Origin: Octopus sinensis
Lineage: Eukaryota
Direction of reading: 5' to 3'
NCBI RefSeq assembly: GCF_006345805.1
Contig: NC_042999.1
Location: forward strand, 156,550,001 to 156,614,000
DNA length: 64,000 bases
The translations under genes were made by a program, and so were the position numbers. The notes beneath the pieces are model-generated. The model had not been told where the DNA came from. It saw only the letters and a program-made list of their open reading frames with translations, and searched no databases. Every line of letters starts with the position of its first letter. Within the stretch, counting starts at the first letter, position 1. Shown in pieces: positions 11,451 through 26,157 of this stretch.

Positions 11451-13709
11451 CCCTTATTCTATCAGAGAAAATGTATGTCACTAACTACCAACAGGGTCCA
11501 ATGGACCCAGTATTTTTCTATTAATTAAATTTTATTCATGCTACCACTGTTTCTTAGCTACATTATATATGCTATCAGGCAAATGAAGAATTACTGTTTC
11601 TTACAAATTTTAATAAAAAAAATACAGCTTACAGAATATATTATAAATTAAAAAAATTGCAAAAATACAGAATTACAGCTCTTCGTGGCAGTGAACGCAG
11701 ACATCATTGCAATGTTCTTGGCAAACTTAGATATTGCAATTCTTACATGTAGTACAGGTTTTCCTGTCTTTTGGGGGGCTACACAAAGAACATCTTCCTT
11801 TTTTCTTTGGCTGAGGAATCTCAAATGAGGTTGAAGAATGTCTTTTCTTGTTTGGTTGAGAAATGTTAGTGGAACTAGAAGATTGTTTGTCATAATCTTT
11901 TTGAGCATTAACTCCAGCAAGTTCCTTTCCTAACTGAATTAGGCACTGTCTTCTTTTATCCTTGAAACTTTGCAAGTGAAGTTGTTTAGCAACAATGAAA
12001 GCATTCACTGCACTTATATCAATCATGTAAAATATAACCATAGGTCATCTTCGAGTCATTGTTTTTCAAGTGTATGTCCTTACCATGTTGTCTAGGGTAT
12101 CTACTCCTACTTTTGTTTTGTTGTATCATGTAATAACTTCAGGTTTCTTTTCAGCACTTTTTGAATCAATTGAAGGCTGAGAGTGCATTGTACACGTAAG
12201 TGTAACTACATAATTTTTCTTGGGACAATAAGATAGGATCATAGAATCCTTTTGAAATCCAAATATTGTGCTGTTGATTTCCCTTTCTTTTCCATTTGTG
12301 AAAGCACTCGTAAGTTCTACTCTGTTCTTTCTAATTGTTCCAATTAAAGTAGTTTTCTTGCTAAGCAGCTCTCGAGCCAATCCTAGACTTGAAAAAAATT
12401 ACTGGGTCTTTTCCGGTGTAGATTTGCATTTTCCAGGCATGAGATGTTTCACTGTCGCATATCATCCAAATTTTAATTCCATATTTCTCTGGTTTTGAAG
12501 GAATTTATACCCAGAATGGGCAGCGCCCTCTGAATGAAACTAATTGTTCATCAACTGTTATGCATGAACTTGGAACATATTCATCTTCTGATTCCACATT
12601 TCAAATACTTCTCTTATGGGCTCCAATTTATCATCACTTCTCTTTTTTCTTCTTGCATTAGCACCATCAAAACACAATACTTGTAAAATCTGTTGAAATC
12701 TTCCTCGGTTCATAATTTTGTTGACTATGGGGAGTGGGGTATCTTCTTGACTCCATAACTGTGACATTTTTATGCTTAGATTTATAAACACCTATAAGAA
12801 TAATCAGTCCAACAAATTTCTTTAGTTCAGAGTGATCAATTTCCTTCCATTTATATTTGTAAACAACCTGACCTGCAACATTTGTTCATTTACGAATTAC
12901 TTCAAGAAGATTCTGGCGCATAAACATAGTAAATCATTTTTCAATGCTACTGCATGATCTTTTGGGTGGCTTACAGATAATTGTTTTTGAGTATTTTCAT
13001 TATCTGATGACACAGAACCTAAACTGTCCAGCACACAATCACTTTCACCATCATCTTCAGAGCAATAGAAGGAATCACTACTATCTTCTTCCCATTCTTC
13101 ATCTAATTCCAGTAACCTTTTCGATATTTGGTCACTCAAGTTTTCACGTCAAGACATATTGGAAAGCACAACTGAACTATATAAAACTTGATAGCAGACT
13201 AAAGGCAGATATTGCTCTCTCACATTTATACTCTCCTAAAAGACGATGCAATATATTGTAAGAATTGCATCATCGCATAGAAATATTGCATCACCCTATA
13301 ACCTAGCAGATTGAAGGTGATGCAATACCACACAAATTTACAGGAATATTTTCATAATTTTTCCTGTTTTATCTAAAATTCATCAAATAAATGGAATACA
13401 ATTTTATCTATTTTATATCTGATAAATATCTAGAATATTATTTAATACTGCTTTTATTATGTTTAGAATGGCAAGAGCATTGTCTGAGTTTAATTCGGGG
13501 GTCCAATGGATCCATATGGTAATTAATATATAAAGTGAAATTTTCTGTCTTTTATAAACATACGGAAAATTTCCCATTTGACAAATAAAAGAGAGTCAAG
13601 TAAAAATAAGAGTCACAAGAAATCAACAGAATCAAATAATATAAACAGTAGGAAAAAGCACTTGAAAAAAGCTGAAATGGGTCCATTAGACCCATTGGTA
13701 GACGGAAGG
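11451..13709 (-). mobile_element. Decayed piggyBac DNA transposon
   Basis: TTAA at 11447-11450 and 13710-13713; imperfect TIRs; inverted subterminal motif CTACCAA..GGGTC(C/T)AATGGACCC at both ends; internal transposase remnant. Confidence 0.9.
11648..13139 (-). pseudogene. piggyBac (PGBD4-like) transposase pseudogene with stops and frameshifts
   Basis: Acidic N-terminus; MNRGRFQQILQVLCFD, DDKLEPIREVF, TLIGTIRKNR, KKPEVI, VIFYMIDISAVNAFI; C-terminal Cys-rich KKGRCSLC...TCKNC. Confidence 0.9.
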
Positions 13710-14578
13710 TTAAATAAAAATTAGAAACACCTATTCAACACAGGAATATTTTTATTACTTCAGTGGTCTTGTTTACTTAATTGTTTGTTAGGGTTTTGTT
13801 TTTGGTGGTTGGTTATACAAAATTATACAATACTTTGTTCATATATTCTCATTCGTCTGGCGTACCTTATAAAATTGATTTTCAAGCAAAAATTCATCTT
13901 ACTTGCTTAGAAGTTTTGTCATTCAATCGACTTTTAGCAAGGTCCTTTAGTGTGTACGAAAATAGTAAGCGTCTTCATTAGTTTGAATTATAAAGGGGAG
14001 AGAGAGAAGGGGATATAGGGAGATAGAGAGGAAATTGATAACACCTGGCTCGAAATTCTCAATTTTTAAAAATGAAATTTTGCAACTTGGATGAAATAAA
14101 GTCGTAAACGTATTTCACTATAAAGTTATAATTGATTCTGTTCCCTTTATCGTGAATATGAGTAAATTATACTTCTTAGACTTAATTGTTTTAAACTGAG
14201 ATTATATTAAATGTTTCATTAAACGGACAGTGGCATTGTTTCTCTTCATGCTTTCTCTTTATTCTGAACCTTTGCGTTGAGAATTTAAAAACACGGAGAA
14301 AGATTTTTTATATTTTATTCTATAAATTACAAGAAAAAAATTTACAAAAATCAATGTACGTTGTATACATTTTAAGATCCCTTTTACAATCTACAAATAC
14401 AGTTCGATTTTCAAACGTCTTCAATATAATCACGGGAATTATATTTAAAGGAAAACTATATTCGTACCAAGGGACTATTCAAATCAAAATTACGTAATCA
14501 ATTAAGCATTATTACAGATGATTGCCATGCGAATTCGATGCCATTGTCAAGCGACGGGTTAAGCAGCATCTATAACCT

Positions 14579-14704
14579 TTTTTTTTTTTTACTACCCACA
14601 AGGGGCTAAACGCAGAGAGGACAATCAAGGAAAGACGAACGGATTAAGTCGATTATATCGACCCCAGTGCGTAACTGGTACTTATTTAATCGACCCCGAA
14701 AGGA
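14579..14704 (-). mobile_element. SINE family C 3' fragment
   Basis: Matches the 3' half of 31520-31750. Confidence 0.8.
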
Positions 14705-14777
14705 TAACCTGTTGCCTCAACTATCTGCCTAATGGTGCTGATGAAAATCATTTCCCGAAGATATATGTGTTTAATGT

Positions 14778-15086
14778 GGAAGCGCAATGGCCTAGTGGTT
14801 ATGGCAGCGGGATCGCGGGTGTAGGATCGCGGTTTCGATTCACAGACCGGGCTTTGTGAGTGTTTATTGAGCGAAAACACCTAAAGCTCCACGAGGCTCT
14901 GACAGGGGGTGGTGGCGATCCCTGCTGTACTCTTTCGCCAGAACTTTCTCTCACTCTTTCTTCTGTTGGCCTGTTCGCTTAGCCAGTGGGGTGGCGTCAT
15001 TTGAAGGCTAGAACAATGCTAAGCGCATTGTGATCAGCGATGTGTAGCAACATCTGATAGCCTGGTCGGTCACGTGATCACGTGAT
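14778..15086 (+). mobile_element. tRNA-derived SINE family B, tail type 2
   Basis: A box TGGCCTAGTGG, B box GGTTTCGATTC; (CACGTGAT)n end; TSD-like ATATGTGTTTA; homologue at 57335-57630. Confidence 0.85.
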
Positions 15087-16552
15087 ATGTGTTTAGTAGT
15101 GACGTTCGCTTTCCTCGGTCCTCGTCACAATACTGGGCGAGTGAATCGCACTCGCCTTGGCGTAAACGATAACAGATTAAAAGGAATAAATTTACTAAGC
15201 ATATTTAATTCTTTCGCTCCCAGGGATGTGTGTTCAGGCTGTGAGGTTCGTCAGAAATATCCAATTTTAGTTTCCTTTCGCTTTCGGTGGAAATCCTCGT
15301 CTTGCCTTTTTTTAGGATTCACTCTATCTCTATTTTTGCTGTAACATTTACCTGCACCATACAGAATTGTTCCATCTTCAACTACGAACCAATCACTCGT
15401 GCTTAAAAGGTTGGCGAACATTTCGAGCGTAAATACACAATAAAGGTCGAAACTGAACGAAGCTGAAATCTTTTTTCTATTATACATTGGGATTCATAAT
15501 TATACATTATGCATTATCATGATTATACATTAGGATTCATTCATTATTTTAAAGAGATGTAGTGCAGTTTCTCCCTTTTTTTTTCCATTCTTTTTCTTAA
15601 CCACCATGTTAAAAATTTATAGATGCGAAGTAATTTGTATTTTCTTTTTGAATATTACAAGCGGCTGGCTCGTAATTACTGATAGATAGAAACAATGCAT
15701 GTGACAGACGGATCTCTTTGCTGCATAAACACAAATGAGATAAATAACACTAAACATAAAATATGAAGAAAGAGAAAGCTAAAAGAAGATTTCCACTGTA
15801 AGGAAAAGGAATCTAAAATTTGAAATTTCTAAAATTAAATTGTTTCAGGTAAAAAAGAAATGGTTTGGGAACTTGTTTATATTTTCATTTGGGTTTCATT
15901 AATACAATATTTATTTCTGAATCTTGACTTCAAATATAAGAACATGAAAAATGCCTCACAGCATGAAATATTTTTGCTAATTATTATTCTGAAGAGGTTG
16001 CTATTGGATAAATATAGATATAAAAGGAAATTGCGTTGCATTGGCGTAGTGGCGCAAAATGCACGTGAATTATGATGTTTATCTCTATTCATTATCTCTA
16101 TTCATTATTGAATCTTATCTTTATTAAAAAAGATATCATTATATTATCATTGAATTAATGGACACATTGTTAATTTATTTGAAATCAAAATTTTGAGACT
16201 GTTCAAGAAAATCATTAGTGCTTCATGATTGACAATTATAATGAAAGAGTGTTTACGAACATAAAATTTATTCATGTAATGAATAACTAAAAATAAATAT
16301 AAAAGAATATAGAATTAAAGCGATTGTAATCGAATGCATTTTACTTCAGTCTTGGTGTTATAACTAAGATAAAAGATTATATTTGATATTGTACTACTCC
16401 TAAGTTCAGAACATGATATTCGGGTACTTTATTTCCTGTAGGCTAAATTGTGAATATGGATGAAACGATTGATAACATTTATTGATGAAAGAAACTTTCA
16501 AAAATAGCTTAAAACAATAACTCTTTTCCTTCATTTATATATGCTTATTAAA

Positions 16553-18100
<1,548 letters not shown>

Positions 18101-18939
18101 ACCCTAATTAAATTATTCCAAATGACTTGAGATACTCGTCCTGCCTTGGTTTTTGTTGTCCTTTTCCTCTAATATATACCTGCTAACAATATATGTATAT
18201 ATACACGTGTGTGTGTGTGCGTGCGTGCGCGTGACTAACTTCGAATATTACCCGCCAGACATGGTTTCGCAAACTTTAGCTGGTGTTAATAGGGTCAAGG
18301 GTGATGTACTGAACGACAAATATAAAAAGTTGGATAAATAACAGCAAACACCTTAGTTGTAAATGTTATTGACTCTAAAATAAAACATTGCTATAAGTTA
18401 AAATACGAGAATAGTTAATTAGATAACCATTATTTTACATAGAAGTAAAATAAGACAAATGAATTTCTTTCAAATAAGTTATTTTGCCTTTACCTAAAAA
18501 GGTATAAACAAATTAGTCTTCTATAAACAATGCGTCACGAATATTACAACTGTCTGATTTATGGATGTGTAGTTTGAGTCCCCCGTGAAGCTTTCTGCAT
18601 TTTTGTCCGTCAAAGGGATTCTGATCCCTTGAATTATGTGATGTGCGTTCGCGATAGAGCGCTGGCTTATTAATAGATCTCTCGATGTATTAATAATTGC
18701 ATTCTAAATATCAGATTACTGATTCTTACATTTGAAATCATTAGAGTATAAATTGAAAAATTGATATTGTATCTCGCTGTCGTTCTAATAGCATTAGTCC
18801 TTTATTTCACAAATAACTCAACTACAGCATCTTCTACGACTTCTACAAAACCTACAGTATTTTCCAGTGTCACAAATTTTTTTACGGAAGTTGATGTTGA
18901 CTTTTCCCATGTTGAAAACGTCTGTAGGTACGGATATTC

Positions 18940-19395
18940 TCAGGAACCCTTTGATCTCCAAGAAGTATCCTTACTCGATTGTATTTCTTCTTGCACGCAG
19001 AAGTAATTTATCAACATGAAATACAAACAAAATAAAATACATCGCAAGGCCACTGACTCCTTCAATCGTACTTATCTTCATACTGAGATTCTCGATAAAG
19101 TTGAAGCAACTGCTTCAACTCAATGAAAATGCCAAAGTTGGCCCCTACATTTGCATATGAACACTTGTTGATTCAGTATGGCGTGATTTGTAATACTTTC
19201 TCTGGAAAGAGCTTTCGGATAGCTCGAATGATATGATAATAAAAAGTTTAAAAGTGTCGGTTCGAAGACAAAGTCTTTGAACTCTTAGCTCGTTTGCACT
19301 TTCAGGTGTTACGCTTTTGCTTTTGAATCCACGCTTGGATGGAGATTCACATCAAGAGCAACGTGAATCCCAGGGGTGCCAGATTGATGTGGATA
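18940..19395 (+). repeat. ~456-bp dispersed duplication, copy 1 (copy 2 at 31952-32408)
   Basis: High identity by eye, same orientation, unrelated flanks. Confidence 0.9.
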
Positions 19396-20784
19396 CGATT
19401 GAAGGAGTCAGTGGCCTCGGGAAGTATTTGTTACTTTATCCTGTGACTTTGCCACATTATAGCGCTAAAGGTTTTACATAAACGGCAGTCACTAGGTTTA
19501 GCCTCCCCATCAATTGTTTTATGAGTTTTTCAAAGTTAGTTAATATGGCTTGAAATTACCTATCATATCATGATCCATCGAATAGAGCAAATAAGTAAAC
19601 TTTGGGATATGTTTCACTCTCCCATTATCATGATATTGACATTTTCCATTTATTTTTGTCCTGCTGTGGTATAAGTGTAATTATTCCCAGCAAAGCATTG
19701 CACATTTTAGATAATCCGCGTAGCTGAACGCCAAATTCCAAGTAGATTAAACTTAACTCACCTCCTCGATTTTTGGAGTATACTCGTGTAGGATTGTTTC
19801 ATATCACGAATAAAAGTACTTCTCATAACAGGCATTAGATGATATATGAAAGAGTTAATGACAAGCGCCGATTTTCTTCACTAGAAACAAAAGTGTGCGT
19901 ATGAACTTTTACAAAGATCAATTTCATCAATATTGTTGGAGGGGTGATGAAAAGTTACTGGTTTTAAGGGTACACCGAAAGACCTGGTTGGTGGCCGAGC
20001 CTTCCGAGTTCTTTTACAAGGCTTAGAAAAACTGAAGGACTGCTGTAATAAGTGTGACTCTGAGAGGGGAATATGTTGAATAAAATCATAATTAACTGAG
20101 CAGCCTGTATTTTCTTTTAGCAAAGCTAAAAACTTTTCAGCGCCCCTCGTACATCAATTTGATAATCACTTCGACTCATCAGGATAATTAGTAGTACTAA
20201 CAACTTCAACGAAATCAGATAAAAAACACCCCGGACAGTTAATGAGGTAATTGCTTGAATTGTGTACACAGAAACAACCGTTATATATAGACGTAACAAT
20301 TAGATGTTTCAAGCTTTAATGATGCAGCAATATGGATACGTTTTAAAAAATTACTAAGTTTCACATCCGCCATCATCTTTTTCATGACTACTTTTTGTAA
20401 TATTGCCTTCACTTCCAGAACTTACTCTTTCTAGTCATCTTGCATAAGAGTAACATTCTGTATTCTATGCATAGAATAGATAGAATGGTCGAGTATGGAA
20501 TGCTTTTGACCGCGCATCTTTCTCAGAGCTAAGTGGCAGTTAAACAAGAAAGAACAATAGCTAACTACAGCATGAACAGTCATAAGTGCGGCTCATCGTT
20601 TTATGAACAGTCTCAGCTTCAACATCGATCTGGGTACTTCGTCAATAGCAAAGGCAGCTAACAGTTTAAGAACATTGCACAATACTTACAACGAAGCAAC
20701 GAGACGAGGAAGTTAATAGGGCATGATTATATGCTAAAATGCAAATATTCAAAATAAAAGCTTGCGGCACCAAACGGTAACATA

Positions 20785-20786
<2 letters not shown>

Positions 20787-20852
<66 letters not shown>
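20787..20852. repeat. (CA)n microsatellite
   Basis: Direct inspection. Confidence 0.97.
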
Positions 20853-20854
<2 letters not shown>

Positions 20855-22037
20855 ATGTGAGAGTTTGGACTGATTCTATTCATCTTGGACTTGGTGCATC
20901 CTGCCGTTTTAAGGCTGTAGAATGTGACTTTTAGGGAGATGAGCAACTGACTCGTATATTTTTAGTTTTATCTCAGTTTTAATATAGTATTTATTGGAAT
21001 TTTAAAAAATTTATTCGCAAGATTTATGAAGCTATAGTGATGATATCCTGTCGGATTTCCTACCGGTCATCTTTACCAACCGTGGCATAAAGTTTCAATT
21101 CGGTAATTGGCACTTTTTGATTATAGTGTCTGGTATTAGTTTGTTTATAGAATGTAGAGTCTGAGTTTTGCAAAATAGTTTACATGTTATTTAATTCATA
21201 TTTCTATAAATCACACATGGTACAAGATGCTTTGCAGCCAATCATAAATGAGTACCAGAAATACATCGAATGAACTCGAAAATTAAAGAACCAAAGAGGA
21301 GGCTTCTATGTACTCAACAAACCGACCAAAGTAGATTAAAAAACAAATTCACTGATAACTCAACTGTGATACATAGAATAACTCCCAGAACTGGAAAAAA
21401 CAGACATGGAAAAACAATGCAAATTTTAAGACAAAACTTAACACATAACTGCACTACACTATCAATCTACGTTCACAACAAGCTACTCACAACATTTATT
21501 ACAAACAACAAAAACTATTTCCCAGTTTCCGAAACAAAATGTCAAGTTATAAGATTAAAATCTGATTATAACGAACAGGAAACGGACATAGCATGTTGTC
21601 ATTCTCGGTTCGAATAAACTAATACAAAATGAAGTAAGGTATTTGCTACTATAATATCACGGAACAAAATTCTAAATAAATACCTTAATGATGAATACAA
21701 CGTTATTATATATGTAATGGGCAAAAAGCATAACTGAACATTCGAATTTTATATTTAAAAAAGAAATACTAAATTGTCATTTGATAGAAAAAAAATTAAA
21801 TAATATCTGCTAACAATTGAATAATTAATCAAATTTCGCTTGTTTATGCAAGATAGATCTGTATAAGTTTCGCTTTGTTTTATCATTTGTTTACATGTCT
21901 TCTTAGTTTCGTTGAAATAACTCTAAGAAAAGATTACAAGAGATTATTCAAACAATCTTTTCTAGCTCCATCAGCCAACATAAGCAGATTATATATATAT
22001 ATAAGCAAGTTGCACAGTATCGATTAAAGCTTGTTTC

Positions 22038-22074
<37 letters not shown>

Positions 22075-22876
22075 AATTTTGGCATCAGTTGCGGTAAGTG
22101 AACACTGAACTTTAGGAAAGATTACAAGACCAGCAATGTCCAATCCTATTTTTCGTGAACATAATTCTATTGATCTTGTTACATTAATATCAACATAAAA
22201 GCGGAAGCTCAGATGAAAACTATAATCGTGGTTCCGTATCATGTCGGAGGCGGGAGATAGCCTACTCATCTTGATTTAAGTCTTTTATTTTAATGGAAGA
22301 GTTTTAAAATTCACTAACAAGGAACACGAGCTTTATTTTCCTGGTCGTTTGTTACTAAGCTATAATTGTGGTTACTGTTGTCTTCAAACTAAAATAAATC
22401 TCCAATTTGTTTTGTATAATGAGCGTGTGTGACAATTAGAATAAATCTAAAACTAGTAAGTTTTGGACCAATCGTCTATGCGCGCGCACACACTTACCTA
22501 CCTACCTACTACCTACCTACCTACCTACATACATACATACATACATACATACATACATACATGCATACGTACATACGTATGTGTCTGTGTATGTATGTAT
22601 GTATGTATGTATGTATGTATGTATGTATAAAGAAAATAGTACAAAAAGCAATTTGACTTTCTATTCCGCGCACCATGGCTTAGCTTATTTGTTTATCTTC
22701 TTTAGGTTTGTTTTAGAATTATCAAAATAAAAGTAATTAACCGTTTCAAAGAAAAACAAAGAAGAGCTCTATATATAATACCAACCCAATAGCAACTAAC
22801 TGCTAACTCAAATACAGAGTGCTAGCATGATCCAACTTAGCAGTCGTTTTTTCGAGTGAAAACCTAATATATTAAA

Positions 22877-23275
22877 CTAGCAGTATCGCCCGGCGTTGCT
22901 CGGGTTTGTAAGGGAAATAACTATATAAGCATTTTTAGAGAGTTATAGTAAAAAAATAGCAAAAAAAATGCATTAAAAATGGAAAAAAAAATGATGGTAA
23001 ATTTTTTTTAAAATCGTTGACTCATCGTAGACATTTTTAGAGAGTTATTGCCCTAATATAATAGCGAAAAATGCATTAAAATGGGAAAAAATGATGGTAA
23101 ATTTTTTTTTAAATCGTAGACTCATCGTAGACGCGCGCTAATACCCCGAAGGGCTCGATATGAATCACGACTATAAGATACCCGGTTTTGGTTAAACTGC
23201 ACCGCAAAATGTGGGAGTAGTTAGGAATCTAAATCGTAGGAGACAGACACACAACTTCACTTTTATATATAAAGA
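22877..23275 (-). mobile_element. Non-autonomous Helitron
   Basis: Minus strand A|TCTTTATATAT...CCCGAGCAACGCCGGG hairpin...CTAG|T; no TSD; internal ~100-bp duplication; second copy at 30556-30852. Confidence 0.85.
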
Positions 23276-23847
23276 TACGAGAATTTACATTATTTTCAGT
23301 TACTCGTAACTTGAGAACTTATAACTTACCGACGTGTTCTATGAGAAGAAAAAAACTGTTTACTTTGCTATCTCAGTATTATTCTTTTTGAATTCGTCAG
23401 GTGTCACATATTCTTCAGACTTAACTACTCAATTCGTGTTTAAATTTTCCAAATGTAATTTCGTGTTGTTTCTGACATTTCATGTCAAATTTCTTCACGT
23501 TTTACATGCAGTCATCACAGTGTACTCCCTGCTAATTTATATAAATCTTATTGGCATTATTAATATTAGCAAATCTACCCATCTACGATGGAGGTATAAA
23601 ACGAGGGAGAGGAGTCATAACAGTAGTATCTATTGAAGAATGTGTAAATGGACTTGAGAAATTACTGGGTGATGTCTTAGAGAAATCACCATACTATTGG
23701 TGATACAGCATTCTATTGCAGCTATATGACGTGTTTGTGACAAAGTGATATGTGATAACGATTCACTCCCGAACTGAAATAGGCTCCCAGCCTGTGTATC
23801 ATGAATGGGTATATGGACCAGAGCTTCCTTCGACCACTACATAAAAA

Positions 23848-24257
23848 GGAGTGGCTGTGTGGTAAGTAGCTTGTTTACCAACCACATGGTTCCGGGTTCA
23901 GTCCCACTGCGTGGCACCTAGGGCAAGTGTCTTCTACTATAGCCTCGGGCCGACCAAAGCCTTGTGAGTGGATTTGGTAGACGGAAACTGAAAGAAGCCC
24001 GTCGTATATATGTACATATATATATGCGTGCATGTGTTTGTGTGTCTGTGTTTGTCTCCTTAGCATTGCTTGACAACCGATGCTGGTGTGTTTATGTCCC
24101 CGTTACTTAGCGGTTCGGCAAAAGAGACCGATAGAATAAGTACTGGGCTTACAAAAGAATAAGTCCCGGGGTCGATTTGCTCGATTAAAAGGCGGTGCTC
24201 CAGCATGGCCGCAGTCAAATGACTGAAACAAGTAAAAGAGTAAAAGAGAGTAAAGAG
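23848..24257 (+). mobile_element. tRNA-derived SINE, family A (full length)
   Basis: Near-identical to 8130-8537. Confidence 0.88.
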
Positions 24258-24369
24258 ATATACTTTTATTTTAGTTGTTTACACTATTTTGCGTTTGTTT
24301 ATACTCTTATGCATTCAAAGTTCACGAATTTCCTTATTTAAATTATGAATCCTTTTCCTTTCGATAATA

Positions 24370-24590
24370 TCAATATGATTGCAAAACTTCTTCGTAAACG
24401 ATATTTTCTGTTTGGTCGACACTTATTTTCAAATTACTGGAGTCCGTTGCTCTACTCATAGCGACGTAAAACTGGCCGTGTGTAAACATCGGAATGGGTA
24501 AAAATATACCTACATGATCTAAAGTTTGGCCCTGTGCCTTGTTCGCTGTGAATGTGCAAGCAGAATCCATAGGGTTGCAAACAATCAAAC
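24370..24590 (-). pseudogene. Helitron RepHel PIF1-type helicase C-terminal fragment
   Basis: FTANKAQGQTLDHVGIFL..PMFTHGQFYVAMSR...TENIVYEEVL, helicase motifs V/VI and the typical Helitron C-terminus. Confidence 0.88.
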
Positions 24591-24699
24591 TAAGACTTAC
24601 CTCTCACTGTTCTATGCGAATAATGTATGGATGTTCTGGTACCATGGGTTACTTCGATTAGCCGTCTCGAATCCTGCTCGAGACTGACACACTTCAATA

Positions 24700-25349
24700 G
24701 CTACTAAATACTCACACACACTATATACTGACACACACTTTTTCCATTTTATTTTCGCTATTAACCGTCCTCGGGACCCCCTTCGTATCTAGGATGGGGC
24801 CACGAACTATACGATGAAATTCCAGAGTGGTCGGTGAAATTTTAATGAAAATGCGAAGGTGGTTTATCAATTCAAGATTCGATATCCACGAAATAATCAT
24901 GTTTTCTTTTTTTTTTTTAATGCTAAAAACTTTCCTGGCAACCGTCTTTGTAATCCCGAAAAATACCGTAACCATTGGTCCAGCCGTCTGACCGTGAAGA
25001 GGGAACAGACAAAAATACGGACAGACAGAAAGACGGACATAACGCCCATTGTAATAAGATAGCAAATTTGCCCATCTACGATGGGAAATAAATTCATAAA
25101 CTATACAGGGGTGGAATGGGGAATCCAGAGTTAATCCTCGTCACCGGAATTACAACAAAACTATCAAAGGCGATTTGTTAATACAAAACTCAATATCTAC
25201 TAAATAATCATACTTTTTCACATTTTTTTTCACTAAAAACCTTCCTGATTACCTCCTTCGTAATCCTGAGAAATATCGTGACCATTGGTCCAGTCGTTTG
25301 ACTGTGAAGAGGAAACAGACAGACGGACATAACGCCCATTATAGTAAGA
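24700..25349 (-). mobile_element. Two tandem Helitron-type 5' ends upstream of the helicase fragment
   Basis: A|TCTTA..A.AATGGGCGTTATGTCCGTCT starts at 25349 and at 25059, each followed by (GTCT)n-like microsatellite and ~150 bp of shared sequence. Confidence 0.65.
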
Positions 25350-25399
25350 TTTTTGCCCTAATGTGCCATAAAGAAATCATTAATTTTGTTCTTTTTTCT

Positions 25400-26157
25400 T
25401 TAAACTATCCAACTTTTCTTCCTTCCTGCATAGAAACTGGTGTGTCCTAATAAAATTGTTTGGTTGATCATTCCATATGGTAAGCAGATCAAATCCAACC
25501 TCCAATAACTGTTTCGTGAAGCTATAGAAAAGAATTTTCCAAAACATTCAAGATACCATTCCATTATCAATTCACACCGAATTAGGATAGGTTTTTCAAA
25601 CACCAAAATCCTTTCACAAATCCTCTCTTCGCATAACAATAAGTTGTTAAATACAAATCCACTTAATGAAAATAATAACATTGATATTATTAACGCTAAC
25701 CATTCTTTGAACAATAATAACAAAAATACTAATATTTCTGATATAAATTCGAATCCTATTCGTTTCTTTAACAGTAATTCTAAGACTAGAAACTCTGTTT
25801 ATCAATGTAAAATTACTTCCGGTTCTGATGTCTTTTTTTTTTACATAGGTAGCTCATCGTCTCAGTTGTCGAAAAGAATATCTAACCATTACTCTACATT
25901 TAGACATGTTAATAAACGCAACAATACTGGGCTTAGTAAATTAATTTGGTCTCTAAAGGAACATGATAAACAATTTGATTTGGAATGGAAAATTCTATCT
26001 TGATCCTTCCCATATAACAAGAGTAAATCTTTTTGTCCTCTCTGTAACGAAGAACAATTTCTCATCCTTACCTCAGAGAATACTCTTGTAAATACGTTTA
26101 AAGAACGCATATATCGTTGTAAATATTGTCAAAAACATACCTTTAGTTCCTATAAGT
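25400..26157 (+). pseudogene. Penelope-like retroelement 3' remnant: RT thumb/linker and GIY-YIG endonuclease
   Basis: One frame with two internal stops: KIVWLIIPY...NFPKHSRYHSIINSHRIRIGFS...SVYQCKI...FYIGSS...KRISNH...TGLSKLIWSLKE...EWKIL*...CPLCNEE...RCKY. Confidence 0.88.

Noticed and set aside
15095-15160. Two GC-rich hairpins resembling an HDV-like ribozyme or hammerhead
   Set aside because: No nested pseudoknot could be built; the minus-strand GTGACGA lacks 3-8 complementarity and a stem II.
15850-16075. Possible host exon (ORF after a TTTCAG acceptor)
   Set aside because: No recognisable domain or partner exons; such ORFs are expected by chance.
20160-20190. Minus-strand CTGATGAGTCGAA hammerhead-like core
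   Set aside because: No stem II or stem III and no A15.1; likely chance.
21180-21620. A-rich ORF resembling a LINE 3' end
   Set aside because: No diagnostic motif that I can support.
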